Virus record (IMG/VR): IMGVR_UViG_3300028602_000006
Strand: one strand, 5' to 3'
Length of the DNA stretch: 64,000 nt
From: a virus
Taxonomy: Duplodnaviria; Heunggongvirae; Uroviricota; Caudoviricetes
Within the stretch, counting starts at the first letter, position 1. Each line of letters begins with the position of its first letter. The notes beneath the pieces are model-generated. The model saw only the letters and a program-made list of their open reading frames with translations. It made no database searches and was not told where the DNA came from. This document shows positions 37,524 to 48,734 of the stretch, piece by piece. The translations under genes were made by a program, and so were the position numbers.

Positions 37524-38075
37524 ATGATTTTTATAGTGCTTAGCGTTTTACTTACTATTTTCGGGATAGCATTAATTATTTGTGCATTCAGAGAATTCTT
37601 TGACGGCGTTTATACAGTAATGGGACGTATAGTATCTGCTGGGCTTATGGTTATTCTTATCTTCTTTATTTTTGCGCTTTGGGTGCTTGGGATTTATGGC
37701 ATACAATCTTTTTGTGAATACCAGTTTAGATATACGACATGCGTTGAAGATAAAATTGAAACCATAGTATCTTTGGACAAATCCCCTTCTATTAATGGGC
37801 GCTTTATTCTCGGAAGTGGATCTATTAACGGGCAATCACAGTACACCTTCTTCGTAGAAAAAGGAACGAATCAATATTTGCGATCCAATCTTCCTGCATC
37901 AGAGACTTTAGTTCAGGAGCATGAAAATATGAAATGCCCGAATGTATCTTATGAAAGAAGTTATTACGATGTACCTTGGTGGTCGACCTCAGAATGCAAA
38001 CTAGAACCTTTTAAAGACCATAATTATGTTTTGAATGTGCCAACTGGAACTATCATTAGGGCGATTGAATTGTAA
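37524..38075 (+). CDS. Membrane protein with extracytoplasmic Cys-containing domain
   Basis: Two N-terminal TM helices. SD AGGAGAGAAAAAATG. Confidence 0.4.
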   Translation: MIFIVLSVLLTIFGIALIICAFREFFDGVYTVMGRIVSAGLMVILIFFIFALWVLGIYGIQSFCEYQFRYTTCVEDKIETIVSLDKSPSINGRFILGSGSINGQSQYTFFVEKGTNQYLRSNLPASETLVQEHENMKCPNVSYERSYYDVPWWSTSECKLEPFKDHNYVLNVPTGTIIRAIEL

Positions 38076-38088
38076 TGCGGGGAAAATA

Positions 38089-38424
38089 ATGAAAGCAATG
38101 ACTAAAGATTTAAAGCCCCTAGGATTTAAGGGCGATAATATATTTGGATCAAATTGTCATAATATATATCATCTTGCTATTCCAAAAACAAGAAAGATAA
38201 TTGTTGTCGATAATTTGAACCAAGCTATATATACTTATGCGTTGACACCTACGCAATGGACTCAATGGGAGACTAATAAGCTTTCGATTGTACCTATGAA
38301 TTCAATCACAGTAACAGGGGGCAAATGCATTGGTAAATATAAAATAGAGCATAAGGGTGATTTCAAAAAAACTTTTAAGACTCAGAAATCTTTAATAGAA
38401 TACATAACAGGGGTAACTAAATAG
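38089..38424 (+). CDS. Hypothetical protein
   Basis: Start set at MKAMTKD (SD GGGGAAAATAATG) rather than the upstream in-frame ATG. Confidence 0.35.
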   Translation: MKAMTKDLKPLGFKGDNIFGSNCHNIYHLAIPKTRKIIVVDNLNQAIYTYALTPTQWTQWETNKLSIVPMNSITVTGGKCIGKYKIEHKGDFKKTFKTQKSLIEYITGVTK

Positions 38425-38425
38425 C

Positions 38426-39682
38426 ATGTCAAAAAAGATCAAGTTTTTCAAAATAAATAACGTTCAAGTAGTGCATATACCTTCCGAAAGCAATATATCG
38501 GCATTCGGAGTCCAAGTTGTAGCGGGAGCAAGATATGAAAACTTCTCCAACGCAGGTGTTGCTCATTTTGCAGAGCATATGTTTTTCAAAGGGACAGGGC
38601 TATATGATTGGAAACAGCAAGATCGATTATTCGCAAAAGCTGGCGCATCTCAGAACGCTTACACAGGTAATGATCTTGTTATGTACCATGCAACATTCCC
38701 AGAGATAAATAAAGACAAAGTTATACATCTTATAATGGACATGTTCTTTAACGCTACATTCCCCGAAGATGAAATGGAAAAAGAACGTCAAGTAATAATG
38801 GAGGAGAAACGAAGACTTTTAGATGATGCGGATGGTTTCTTTTACGACTCAATCGGAGAGAACCTTTTAGAATGGCAAATAGGTCATTCAACCATAGGAA
38901 CATTTGAAACCATAAAATCATTAAAGAGGAAAGATATTATTGAATTTCTTAACTCAAGATGCGGTATCGAAACCATAACAATTATTTATGTTGGCAAGGA
39001 AAGCAATGATCTCAATAAAATAATTGAAGACAATATTCCTGCCAATCATCCGTATCTCAGCAACGGGAAAACTATTTTGTATGGGCAGAAGTTGTGGAAT
39101 AGATCGTCGGTAGATAACGCAGATAAAATAAAATTAACTGTCCATCGAAATGATATAACTCAAGCTCAGCTAAACATGTCGATTGCAGGACTTCCATTTA
39201 ATTCTAAACACCGGTTTGCAGAAAAGATTTTGCTTCGGGGTCTTGGAGGAGGGATGTACTCAAAATTATTTTCACGTATTCGCCAAGAACTAGGATTATG
39301 TTATAGCGTTGGGTTTTCTTCTTATGATCTAGCTCTCCCTGAATATCAGATGGTCTTTTTGTATGGCGGAACCGCTCCAGAAAATATTCCTCAGTTTATG
39401 GAAGAATCGGAAAAAGTAATCGACACCGTAATTAGAGATGGGATGGAAGAAGAGATATTTGAATGCGCAAAAGCTGATCTTTTAGCATCCACTCTTCGTT
39501 CAACAGAAACATCAATGGGCAAACTAGAGTATTACAATTCCAGAGCGGCTTTTGGAGAATGTAAACCGATTGATGGTATTGTTCACAATATACAAAATAT
39601 AACGATTGATGAATGCAATGAAGTTGCCAATATTTTGTTTAGCGGTAATCGGAATTGGTCGGTCATGATCCCATTGGAGTAA
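38426..39682 (+). CDS. M16-family (insulinase/pitrilysin-like) zinc peptidase
   Basis: Inverted zinc motif HxxEH in GVAHFAEHMFFKGT. Downstream EEKRRLLDD (Glu ligand region). Confidence 0.7.
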   Translation: MSKKIKFFKINNVQVVHIPSESNISAFGVQVVAGARYENFSNAGVAHFAEHMFFKGTGLYDWKQQDRLFAKAGASQNAYTGNDLVMYHATFPEINKDKVIHLIMDMFFNATFPEDEMEKERQVIMEEKRRLLDDADGFFYDSIGENLLEWQIGHSTIGTFETIKSLKRKDIIEFLNSRCGIETITIIYVGKESNDLNKIIEDNIPANHPYLSNGKTILYGQKLWNRSSVDNADKIKLTVHRNDITQAQLNMSIAGLPFNSKHRFAEKILLRGLGGGMYSKLFSRIRQELGLCYSVGFSSYDLALPEYQMVFLYGGTAPENIPQFMEESEKVIDTVIRDGMEEEIFECAKADLLASTLRSTETSMGKLEYYNSRAAFGECKPIDGIVHNIQNITIDECNEVANILFSGNRNWSVMIPLE

Positions 39683-39889
39683 TATTTCTAAAGAAAGGGC
39701 TTGAAAAATGATAGATAAAGAGTTAGAATACTTATCAAACAAAGTTCGCAAGGGAATTCCTATTGGCATTCCTGATATATTAAGAGTAATTAAATATCAA
39801 AAAAGAAAGAAATCAATTAAAGATAGAATTATTTCAAATTGGTATTATATGAAAGGGTTGACGGGCGAAGAAAATGAGGAGTAAAAAAT

Positions 39890-40444
39890 ATGAAACAATA
39901 TAGTTTAAGCAAAGTGTTTGGGAATATAGCATTCGCAATTAAGAATGCATTAATATTCTTTGTCAAGTTTATCGTTCCGGGTGCGCTCATTTTAGCAATT
40001 ATACTTGCGCTCATTCTCAGAATATTCTTCTTGTCTTTTGTGGATAAACATGAACTTGGTTATTGCTATAACAAGATCACTGGCGAAATTGTAAAATTCG
40101 AACGCACAGGGTACTTTTTATTTCCTCCTTGGTTCTACTCAGTTCACTCTATCGATTTAAGGCCAATGCAATTACAGATAACAGCCAATTCATTCGGTAA
40201 TACAAGCGCCATGGATATGGTCAATCAGCGAGTTCTTAATGCTAAACTCGTATCCTTCAATCCTGACGGTCTTGAAACTTTCATCGAATGGCATGGGCGT
40301 AACGCTGGAGATAGGAGAACAGAGCTTGCTGAAATTCTAAGATGTTATGCCTTTGACAGAGAGGGAGGTAAGAATTGTCCTTTCCTGACGATTGAGAGAG
40401 AACTTAGCCCCGCTCAAACTCCCGATAAAGAAACGGATGAATAA
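39890..40444 (+). CDS. Membrane protein with SPFH-like N-terminal segment (paralog A)
   Basis: TM followed by GYFLFPPWFYSVHSIDLRPMQLQIT. Paralogous to the next ORF. Confidence 0.4.
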   Translation: MKQYSLSKVFGNIAFAIKNALIFFVKFIVPGALILAIILALILRIFFLSFVDKHELGYCYNKITGEIVKFERTGYFLFPPWFYSVHSIDLRPMQLQITANSFGNTSAMDMVNQRVLNAKLVSFNPDGLETFIEWHGRNAGDRRTELAEILRCYAFDREGGKNCPFLTIERELSPAQTPDKETDE

Positions 40445-40989
40445 TGGAATCACCGCTGAAACTATTATTGATTGAATTAAAGACTGATGTGATGAAAACA
40501 TTTCCGTTTTTGGAAAGAGGAGTCGCATTCTTTAAGACTTCGTTATGGAAATGGATCAAGAGAACTATGATCGCCATTTTTATATGGCTATTCTTATGGG
40601 TTAACCTTATAACACATATAGAGCCGACAGAAGCAGGGATAGGAATTAATTGGTTTAATGGTAACTTACAGCTTCTAGATCGTTCTGGATGGCATGTTAC
40701 TCCTCCTTGGGTGTGGGTATGTAAAATTGAAACAACTCCCATGAGAGTTAGCGTGTCAACTGCCAGTCGAGGTTATAGTTCTAAACTAATACAATTCAAT
40801 AAAGAATTTTACAAAGAATTTGTTGAAACAGAAGGATGGTATTTTTATTGGTGGTATAATCGGCTTTCCTTTAATATAGGATATGATCGCAATGAGGAAT
40901 ATCGTGGGTTTAGGGATATTATGAGGGCTTACGCATATTCTGCCAAAAAATATCAGTTTATTACGACGCTGAAAGAGTATGAGGATTGA
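40444..40989 (+). CDS. Membrane protein with SPFH-like N-terminal segment (paralog B)
   Basis: TM followed by GWHVTPPWVWVCKIETTPMRVSVST. Start overlaps the previous stop (TAATGG). Confidence 0.4.
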   Translation: MESPLKLLLIELKTDVMKTFPFLERGVAFFKTSLWKWIKRTMIAIFIWLFLWVNLITHIEPTEAGIGINWFNGNLQLLDRSGWHVTPPWVWVCKIETTPMRVSVSTASRGYSSKLIQFNKEFYKEFVETEGWYFYWWYNRLSFNIGYDRNEEYRGFRDIMRAYAYSAKKYQFITTLKEYED

Positions 40990-41413
40990 AATGGGTGCAA
41001 TTATAAAAAGAGTGAATGATAAATTTTTAGTTACAAATACTGTTTCTGATGACACTTCTGCTCCTCTCACTCTTAAAGAGGCTATTGCCAGAGTATCAGC
41101 CTCTGAAATATTGAATCATCGTGAAAAGATCATCGAGTATTATATGACGTTTCCGCATGGTTGGGGCAAACATGGCATGCGGATATGGACATGCAATGAG
41201 CAGGGACGCAATGACTATTTCGAGTTCATATTAGCCGTATTAAAGAAAAAAGATTACTGGAAAATTATTGAAGAAACTTACAACGAGATATACGACATAC
41301 TTAACGATGATAATTCCGATTATAAACCCTACCGTGAAATAAAATGGATCGGAGAAATATTAAATCAAACTTTAAAAGAGAAGAACCATGAAAAAAAAGC
41401 CATACCTTGTTGA
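40979..41413 (+). CDS. Hypothetical protein
   Basis: No motif. Confidence 0.35.
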   Translation: MRIEMGAIIKRVNDKFLVTNTVSDDTSAPLTLKEAIARVSASEILNHREKIIEYYMTFPHGWGKHGMRIWTCNEQGRNDYFEFILAVLKKKDYWKIIEETYNEIYDILNDDNSDYKPYREIKWIGEILNQTLKEKNHEKKAIPC

Positions 41414-41726
41414 TGTGAATTTCGAAGGCGAAGGTACATTTCTAGTATTTGCAACCGACGAACGTGACGCAAAAAATACGATTGATGTGACTTGCGAGGA
41501 TGTAGATATGGAATGTTATGAGAAAGTACGTCTAGTAGAAAGCGAAAAGAATATTCCTGATTACATTATGGATAAAAATGGTGATATTAATCCAGAATAC
41601 GTTTATGGGCTTGAGAATGGAGAAACTGCGCTAGAATATTTTGAAGATTTAGCAAAGAAAATAAAAATGAGACAATTGGACGAAAAGCATTACCATTTTG
41701 ATTTCTGGGGGAAAGAGGAACAATAA
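41388..41726 (+). CDS. Hypothetical acidic protein
   Basis: Overlaps the previous ORF by 26 nt. Confidence 0.35.
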   Translation: MKKKPYLVDVNFEGEGTFLVFATDERDAKNTIDVTCEDVDMECYEKVRLVESEKNIPDYIMDKNGDINPEYVYGLENGETALEYFEDLAKKIKMRQLDEKHYHFDFWGKEEQ

Positions 41727-42330
41727 TGCCTTCAGCAGTAATTGTTTTAGTTTTTATAACGGGATGTTTATTGGCATCCATTCATATAACGAGAGATAAC
41801 GATAAAAAACATTTGCATAAAATGTTGGTACGGGAAGTGGAGAAGACGAATTTAACATTCAACATAACAGAATAAGGTAAGCTATGACTCCGAATGAGAT
41901 AGAAAAAATGATGAATGATGCAAAATGGGGCAAAACAATTAGACAGATATGGAATGCTATTAATCTTGCGTATTCAAGCACAGATGACAAAATAGTTGCC
42001 TTCAAAAGTTATGTAAAATTATTGCATGAAGATACCGGAATGATTTTAAAGATGATGGAAAATTGAAAGGAAAATAAATGAAGAAATTTAATGTAAAAGT
42101 CCAGCGTACAGAATATAAAGAACATATTTTTTAGGTAGAGGCTGAAAGCGAGGCCGAAGCCAAAGAAAAGGCTCTCGATGAGCATTCTTTTGATTATGGT
42201 TGGAATGATGATGTTCTCTATGGTGCGGATGAGGTCATAGAAGACGTTAAAGTAAAGAAAAATAAAAGACCTTGTTGATGTTTTAGGAGAATCATCTCGG
42301 GTAAAAAATAGTGATAATTGAATATAAGGA

Positions 42331-43032
42331 ATGGAGACAAAAATGTCAAATATACTCAAGCCAGTAGAAAGATATCCAGAATTTGATCTTACAGACAGGA
42401 GCAATGACCATATCGGATATTACGCCGAGATTAATGATGATGAATTTACTATATTAAAGAGGATATTCCTAGAAGAATTTGAGGTCAAACCAACTGCCAT
42501 ATTAAAAGGCGCGTTGTGCAAAGGCATCCTAGATATGGAATATGTAAAGAGCATGGTTAATTGCCTGAATAAAAACCACAATGAAGAAGTAGAGGACGTG
42601 GAAGCAATAAAAGAAACATCTTCTGAAAACACATACGATAATATGGAAGGAGATGAAATAGATGAAATTCCTAAGCTTCTACAAGAGGAAGAGTTTAAGG
42701 CAATCATCAATAATCTAATTGATGATATTGCAACAGACCTTATTAAGCGAAAACTTGGATTAAGCCTTCTTATTGGAGCTAATGAAGAAGGTAAATTGCA
42801 AGTGATAGGATATCAGAGTAACGGAACTGTTTATCACGTCTCTAACGCTTTCGATGTGATCAGAATTTATGGATCTTCATTCGGACAGTCTGGGATGCAT
42901 TCAATTGGGAACTTCTTTAATGATGGGAGAAAGAAAAAATATAATGAAAAAATGGAGAAAGAAAAGACCCTTGTAGAAGAAAAAAAGCCTGTCAAAAGGT
43001 CACTTATTAAAAGATTCTTTAGGATGAATTAA
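42331..43032 (+). CDS. Hypothetical acidic protein
   Basis: SD AAGGAATGGAGACAAAAATG. Confidence 0.4.
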   Translation: METKMSNILKPVERYPEFDLTDRSNDHIGYYAEINDDEFTILKRIFLEEFEVKPTAILKGALCKGILDMEYVKSMVNCLNKNHNEEVEDVEAIKETSSENTYDNMEGDEIDEIPKLLQEEEFKAIINNLIDDIATDLIKRKLGLSLLIGANEEGKLQVIGYQSNGTVYHVSNAFDVIRIYGSSFGQSGMHSIGNFFNDGRKKKYNEKMEKEKTLVEEKKPVKRSLIKRFFRMN

Positions 43033-43330
43033 ATATAGTCTGAGAACGCATGAGGTAATGGAAAAGAAAGGATAATTTTATGAAAAAGATAACACCAAGA
43101 ACAATTATTTATAGCGGAGCATTGTTAATTTCTGTTGGCATTGGTATTGGAGCCGGATCTTTAATTACTATGTTCTCTTCCATATGTATATTATTGGGAT
43201 TATGCGCAATTATTGACGGTATAATGCAGGCAATAAACTGCTGCTGAATTATCTTGTTTTATTTAAACTTTATACTATATTAACTAAGTATAAAATAAGG
43301 GGTATAGATCTATCAAATAAGGCATTAGTT

Positions 43331-43792
43331 ATGAAAAAGTGGTTTAAAAATATATTCTTTAGTTTGTTCCCATGTAATGAAACCTGTCTGTCTAAATATA
43401 GATGGTATAGAAAATGGCATGGTGGTGTATGGAACTTATGGCTTACTGATTTTTGCGGACGAATATGGGTTCACTATGGTTCCGTCTATGTCCCTCAATC
43501 ATCTAAGCTAATAAAAATAGAAAATTATAATAACCACAATAATATTGAGATAGACCCTCTTAAAAATGAGTTAATGGGAATAGTATCAGCACAGATAGGT
43601 GTAAGTAAAAACAATATAGATACTACCTCCGATTTAATAGATATTGGAGGAGATTCTCTAGATTATATTAGTATCATAATGCATGTGGAGGAGGAATTTA
43701 ACGTAGAGATCCCGGACGATAAATTGTCATCTTTAAAGTCTATAGACGATATGTACGATTATCTCATTAGTAAAGGTGTAAAGATTTCCTAA
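43331..43792 (+). CDS. Carrier-protein (ACP/PCP-like) domain protein with Trp-rich N-terminal extension
   Basis: C-terminal LIDIGGDSLDYISIIMHVEEEFNVEIPD matches the phosphopantetheine attachment motif (GxDSL). Confidence 0.55.
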   Translation: MKKWFKNIFFSLFPCNETCLSKYRWYRKWHGGVWNLWLTDFCGRIWVHYGSVYVPQSSKLIKIENYNNHNNIEIDPLKNELMGIVSAQIGVSKNNIDTTSDLIDIGGDSLDYISIIMHVEEEFNVEIPDDKLSSLKSIDDMYDYLISKGVKIS

Positions 43793-44820
43793 GAGTGGGC
43801 ATTCGAAATAATTAAAGTAGATAAAAATAGAGTTATGGACATCAGATTGCAATACCAATGTTCTCTGATGGATGCCAAAAGAATCGTTATGAAAGAAGCC
43901 TTGCTTGACGCTACTAAAAACGCAAAATCTATAGAAGACATAAAACAAGTAATTGAAGATACTGCGCTATGAAAGGCTAAGAGGCAACTTAATCCATCAA
44001 TGGTGGTAGAATTGATAAAACTTGAAACGAGCGTTCCAGATAAAAATGGGATGACTTTGTGTTAATTAAACTCTCCCAACATAAGGAGAAATATGAAATC
44101 TGAAACGAACGAAGTACCGGGAAAAACTTACCGTGAAGCGCCTTACTGGGTCTATGTATTTCTCCATCCTTTGATGTGGATGCGATGGAAGAGAACATCC
44201 CAACGTGTGCTTTCAACGCCCGACAACCAGTATGTGACTTTCTTAGCATACATTAGGGGGCATCGATAAAAACTAAAGGATTTTGCGATAAAAATAATTC
44301 CGCAATAGGAGAATTACAATGATAGTTACAATATTCATTATTTTATTGATTGTCTGCTTACTTATTGTACGCAAGAGAGAAACCGGAATACAATATCTGC
44401 CACTCAGAATGATTATAGAGGAAATAGAACATATGATTCACGAGGATAAGATGACGGCAATCGCATCAATAAAATACCTAGAAATATTAAACGCAATGAG
44501 CGAAATGCTATGTACGAGACTCAATCACCAAGATTCTCTGTATGCATGCCAATATAATTTATTTTTTTTAACTTATGTACTTTCAAAATACACGAAAGAT
44601 GATTTATACACAGCATACGAAAATCTAGGAGTCTAATGAAAACAGAAATAACTATCCTAAAAGTAGAAAAGTTAACAATAGAACACCCCGAATCATGGAT
44701 GAAAGGTGAACTCAAGCAACTGGCTCAACAATATTGCGAATCCAATGGTTCTGTCAGCAAGCGATGGGATCTTACCGGCATTAATATAGAAAGAAATTGC
44801 ATTATCGAAAAAATACTTGA

Positions 44821-45357
44821 GTGAATAACAATAAAAGGATAAATAATATGAAAAACAATACACTTATACCAATAATACTGATTGTATCTCTCGTATCTCT
44901 GTCAATGCTCTTAACAGGATGTAATCTAAATAAACTTATTGAACCGATTCTTGAAAAATCATACGAGGTCGTCATTTATGTGGAGCAAATTGTCAGTAAT
45001 GAAAGTCCCGAAGATTTGATGTCTAAAATGAATAATATAGACCAAGCCCTAGTCGTCCTGTCGCAAAGTCTATCTTTTATAAACAAAAATATAAATAATC
45101 CGCAAACGCAAGACATAATACTTGAAGTGATCAACAAAATAGATGAAGTACATAACTATATACAAGAAACCGATATAGATGATGTTGCGGAAATAAAACA
45201 AAAAATTATGGATACTATGAGTGATGTTAAAGGGGCTATAGAATCTATCGCAGACAAACTTGGTATCATCCTAGATGTAACTGTTAAAAAGAATTCCAAT
45301 ACTGTAGATTTACTCAATCAATCAATAAATGAATTGGAAAAACTGATCGAAGAATGA
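44821..45357 (+). CDS. Lipoprotein, hypothetical
   Basis: Signal peptide plus lipobox LLTGC. Coiled-coil-like remainder. Confidence 0.5.
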   Translation: MNNNKRINNMKNNTLIPIILIVSLVSLSMLLTGCNLNKLIEPILEKSYEVVIYVEQIVSNESPEDLMSKMNNIDQALVVLSQSLSFINKNINNPQTQDIILEVINKIDEVHNYIQETDIDDVAEIKQKIMDTMSDVKGAIESIADKLGIILDVTVKKNSNTVDLLNQSINELEKLIEE

Positions 45358-45372
45358 AGAGGAGAATAAACT

Positions 45373-45612
45373 ATGAAGTGCATTAAGAAAAATGATGAAG
45401 TCCGTAAAGTGGACGATAAAGAAGCTAGAGAAAAAGTATTGAATGGATGGGAATATTGTTCTAGGGAGAGCTGGAGGAAAGCCAATAATGCCTCTGGCCC
45501 TAAGCCTTCGGAAAAAGATGAAAAAGCAGAGATTACTCCCAAAAAGAAAAAACACGCTCGTAATGATAGGAAGGGGCAAAAATCGGTCAAGAATTCTGAT
45601 GTTGTGAAATAA
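45373..45612 (+). CDS. Small basic (Lys/Arg-rich) hypothetical protein
   Basis: SD GAGGAGAATAAACTATG. KKKKHARNDRKGQK tail. Confidence 0.4.
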   Translation: MKCIKKNDEVRKVDDKEAREKVLNGWEYCSRESWRKANNASGPKPSEKDEKAEITPKKKKHARNDRKGQKSVKNSDVVK

Positions 45613-46774
45613 ATTTGAATAAAGGAAGGCTCAAAGAGTAATATGGCCATTAAAGGTCGGCATCCGACCTCCTTATAAATCAATTGGTTCATATACTCAC
45701 CATCCCTTCTGACGGGTAGCGAACGTTTGAGATAGCTCCCGTATTAATTATTGCAATTCAAGTAAATGACAATTAAATCTACAACTATATTGCCTGCTGA
45801 TTCATTCAAAATAGGAAAGAAATACTTTAAATATTTGTCTCCTCCTTCATCTTCTCTTTTGGGGGAGAATGAAGAATGGGTACTGGGGATTGTCCCTTTA
45901 AATACCTATTATATCGCTTTAAATTTTGATAGCCCTGAACATAAGGGGAGCGAGCTTAGATCAGATAGGAATCCTCCGTATAATGGGGATATGAACGGAA
46001 TGAGATGGTACAAAGCAAAATCTTAAAAATGATTAAGATGAGAATAGATTTTGAAGAAAAAAAATAAAGCTACAAAAACATGGTAGCATTATGGGATATT
46101 GTGTTGTTAAAGAAAAAAATCTATCAGGACTTATTAAGAAAGTTAATTCACTTTCTTGTGATGGATATAGGCCTGTTGGCGGAATAGCGGTTATTCAAGA
46201 ATCTGAGGTTTATCAAGTATACATGTATTATCAGGCAATGTTTAAGAAGGACGATGTATGCGCAGAAGAGTTTTAGAGATGGTCTAGTTGGGATTAATGA
46301 TTCGGAGATCACCATCAATGAATAATAGAGAAAAATCAATACAGAAAATACGACGTTGGCTTAAAAAGAATGATATGACCTATGATGATATAGGAGGCGT
46401 AGGCCAATTGTCCAAAGCATCAGATGAAATTATCTCCGAAATATTAGAAGATATAGCGGAAGATGAAGCTAAAGACATGGGCAGACGCTATGAGGAACAA
46501 GAAGCCCTAAAATATATGTCAGAAGAAGATTCGTTATGAAAACCAATCAATGATATAAGAAAAATTAGAGATATAACGGCAGAACAGGTAACAAAATGAA
46601 TAATAGATATTCTTTTGATGATTGGGGCATAGGCAGATTAAAGAATAGTGGAAGAAGCCTAACGAGTCATGATATTGCTCGTCCTAATGGCATAGATAAG
46701 TCTGATTGGTACAAGTTTGCATGTGAAGTAATCAAGATTCTTAATTCTTGTGACAAAACGAAAGAAGGTAACTA

Positions 46775-47044
46775 ATGAGAGTGGATTATGAAATTGTTTA
46801 TTTAAAAGAGGGCAAACTTTTATTCAAGCAGTTTTCCTATGAAATGGACGAAACAAATATTCCCTTTAACTCACATCTACCTGACGACGCTTATGAGTTT
46901 TATAAACGATTACATGACGCTAATGTTCCTGTAATAGTTCTTATTGGTGAATTGGAACGAGGATCTGGCTTGATAAGATATTCGGGTGCTGATCCTGTTA
47001 GTGACTTAACGACAGAAGGTAACAAAGAGGGCGAAAATGATTAA
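46775..47044 (+). CDS. Hypothetical protein ending in TTEGNKEGEND
   Basis: Its C-terminus lies in the repeated TAACGACAGAAGGTAACAAAG element. Confidence 0.4.
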   Translation: MRVDYEIVYLKEGKLLFKQFSYEMDETNIPFNSHLPDDAYEFYKRLHDANVPVIVLIGELERGSGLIRYSGADPVSDLTTEGNKEGEND

Positions 47045-47400
47045 GACGCAAAAAGAGTTATATGAGAACCTAAAAAGCATCAGAGAGAATGAAGCTCTCT
47101 CAAAATATCTTGAAGAGATATTTCAAATACTTCATAATAAGTTTAGTGACATAACGACAGAAGGTAAAAAAATTCTTGACATAGAATAAACAGAGGCTAT
47201 ATTAGTAGCAACAAAGGTAGATATGTTAATAGCTTTTATATTACTAGTATTTCTTTATGGAATACAAACATGGAGAGTTAAAAAGTGGAAGTGGAACTAT
47301 GAGCGTCTACTTAGGGATTATCACAGATTAGAAGAAAGGTATATAACGGAATAATGACTAAAAATAAACAGATTGTATAGTCAAATACATAACGACAGAA
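47007..47400 (+). repeat. Three dispersed copies of TAACGACAGAAGGTAA(C/A)AAAG at successive small-gene junctions
   Basis: Copies at 47007-47027, 47152-47172 and 47380-47400, with a partial copy at 46755-46776. Each encodes a -TTEG(N/K)K C-terminus and supplies the GAAGGT SD for the next small ORF (ATGs at 47037, 47223, 47421). Confidence 0.6.
47176..47203 (+). promoter_or_regulatory. Sigma70-like promoter (TTGACA-16-TATATT)
   Basis: TTGACA at 47176 and TATATT at 47198. Confidence 0.4.
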
Positions 47401-47501
47401 GGTAACAAAGGCGAATAAAAATGGTTGATGTATATAATTGTCAGGAAGGTTGTCATCCCTTTGCAGATTCATGTGAAGAATATATGAAATCTATGAATGA
47501 A

Positions 47502-48731
47502 CTACCCAGACACTAAAGATGTCTGGGTTTCGTGACTCGCAGGCTCGTCTAACGACAACGCCTCCTCACGTTTTTGTTTTGATTCCGACTGTATTCCACA
47601 ACCAGAATTGTAAATCATTAATCCTTGACTGAGGGCTTCGCCTGCAAGTCTCAGCCCTTGCTCCAATATATTTTTTGAAGCATTGATGTCTCTATCTAGT
47701 TTAGCACCACAAACAGGACAAACCCATTTTCTATCTTTCAATGTCAAATCCTGATTAACAAACTTACACTTGTTACAGGTTTTGCTTGAAGGGAAGAACT
47801 TATCTATTTGAATTAGGTTTCGTTCATTCCATTCCGATTTATACTTCAGTTGTCTTAGGAATTCGCTCCAAGAACAATCTGAAATACTTTTTGCTAGGTT
47901 ATGGTTTTTCATCATATTTGCAACAGATAAGTCCTCAACACAGATCGTTTGATTCTCACGAACTATTTGAGTTGTTATGTTATGGATATGATTTAGCCTA
48001 CTGTTTGTGATTTTCTCATGAACTCTAGCAACTTTGATTCGTTGTCTATTCCTACTACTTGATCCTTTTTGTTTTTTACTGAGTTGTTTCTGCTCATAAG
48101 AAAGTTTTTTAGCATACTTATTAGTAGTTTTTATGTTCTCATAGATTTTGCCATCAGAACATATTGCTAAATCTTTAATTCCTAAATCAACTCCTACTTG
48201 ATTTTTGTTCTTTTTATATGGAGCGTGTTCGGTTTCACAGGTAATAGAAACAAAATACTTACCTGATGGATTTTTGGAAATGGTTGAAAAGAGTATTGTT
48301 CCTTCAAGTGGTCTATCCTCTTTTACCTTGATGGGTTGTTTGAATTTAGGTATCTCTAGTTTCCCATTCTCATACTTAGTTGATTGAGGAATACGAAATG
48401 ATTGTTTGTCTTTCTTGGATTTGAATCGTGGGAACTTACCTTGTTTTGAAAAGAATCGGTTGTAAGCTACTTCTAAGTCTCTTAATGAAGCTTGAACTGA
48501 CTGAGAGTTAGTTTCTTTAAGCCAACTATATTCGTCTTGTTTCTTTAGCTTAGTGAGAGAGGATGCATTGTCATAATAGTTTAAAGAAGTGTTGTTTTCA
48601 AGATAGGCGTTTTTTCGTTCATTAAGAAAATGGTTCCATACAAATCTTTTAGCCCCGAAGTGTTTAGCCAATAGGACTTCTTGATCCTTAGTTGGGTATA
48701 TTCGATATTTAAATGACTTCTTTATTTTCAT
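47502..48731 (-). CDS. tnpB: TnpB (IS200/IS605-family OrfB, RuvC-like plus zinc finger)
   Basis: C-terminal CNKCKFVNQD...WVCPVCGAKLDRDINASKNI. The 3' end overlaps the perfect hairpin CCCAGACA-CTAAAGA-TGTCTGGG (47505-47527). No adjacent tnpA. Confidence 0.75.
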   Translation of the reverse strand: MKIKKSFKYRIYPTKDQEVLLAKHFGAKRFVWNHFLNERKNAYLENNTSLNYYDNASSLTKLKKQDEYSWLKETNSQSVQASLRDLEVAYNRFFSKQGKFPRFKSKKDKQSFRIPQSTKYENGKLEIPKFKQPIKVKEDRPLEGTILFSTISKNPSGKYFVSITCETEHAPYKKNKNQVGVDLGIKDLAICSDGKIYENIKTTNKYAKKLSYEQKQLSKKQKGSSSRNRQRIKVARVHEKITNSRLNHIHNITTQIVRENQTICVEDLSVANMMKNHNLAKSISDCSWSEFLRQLKYKSEWNERNLIQIDKFFPSSKTCNKCKFVNQDLTLKDRKWVCPVCGAKLDRDINASKNILEQGLRLAGEALSQGLMIYNSGCGIQSESKQKREEALSLDEPASHETQTSLVSG

Positions 48732-48734
48732 GTG

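Noticed and set aside
45655-45671. Hairpin AGGTCGG-CATC-CGACCT as a terminator.
   Set aside because: There is no downstream T-run on either strand.
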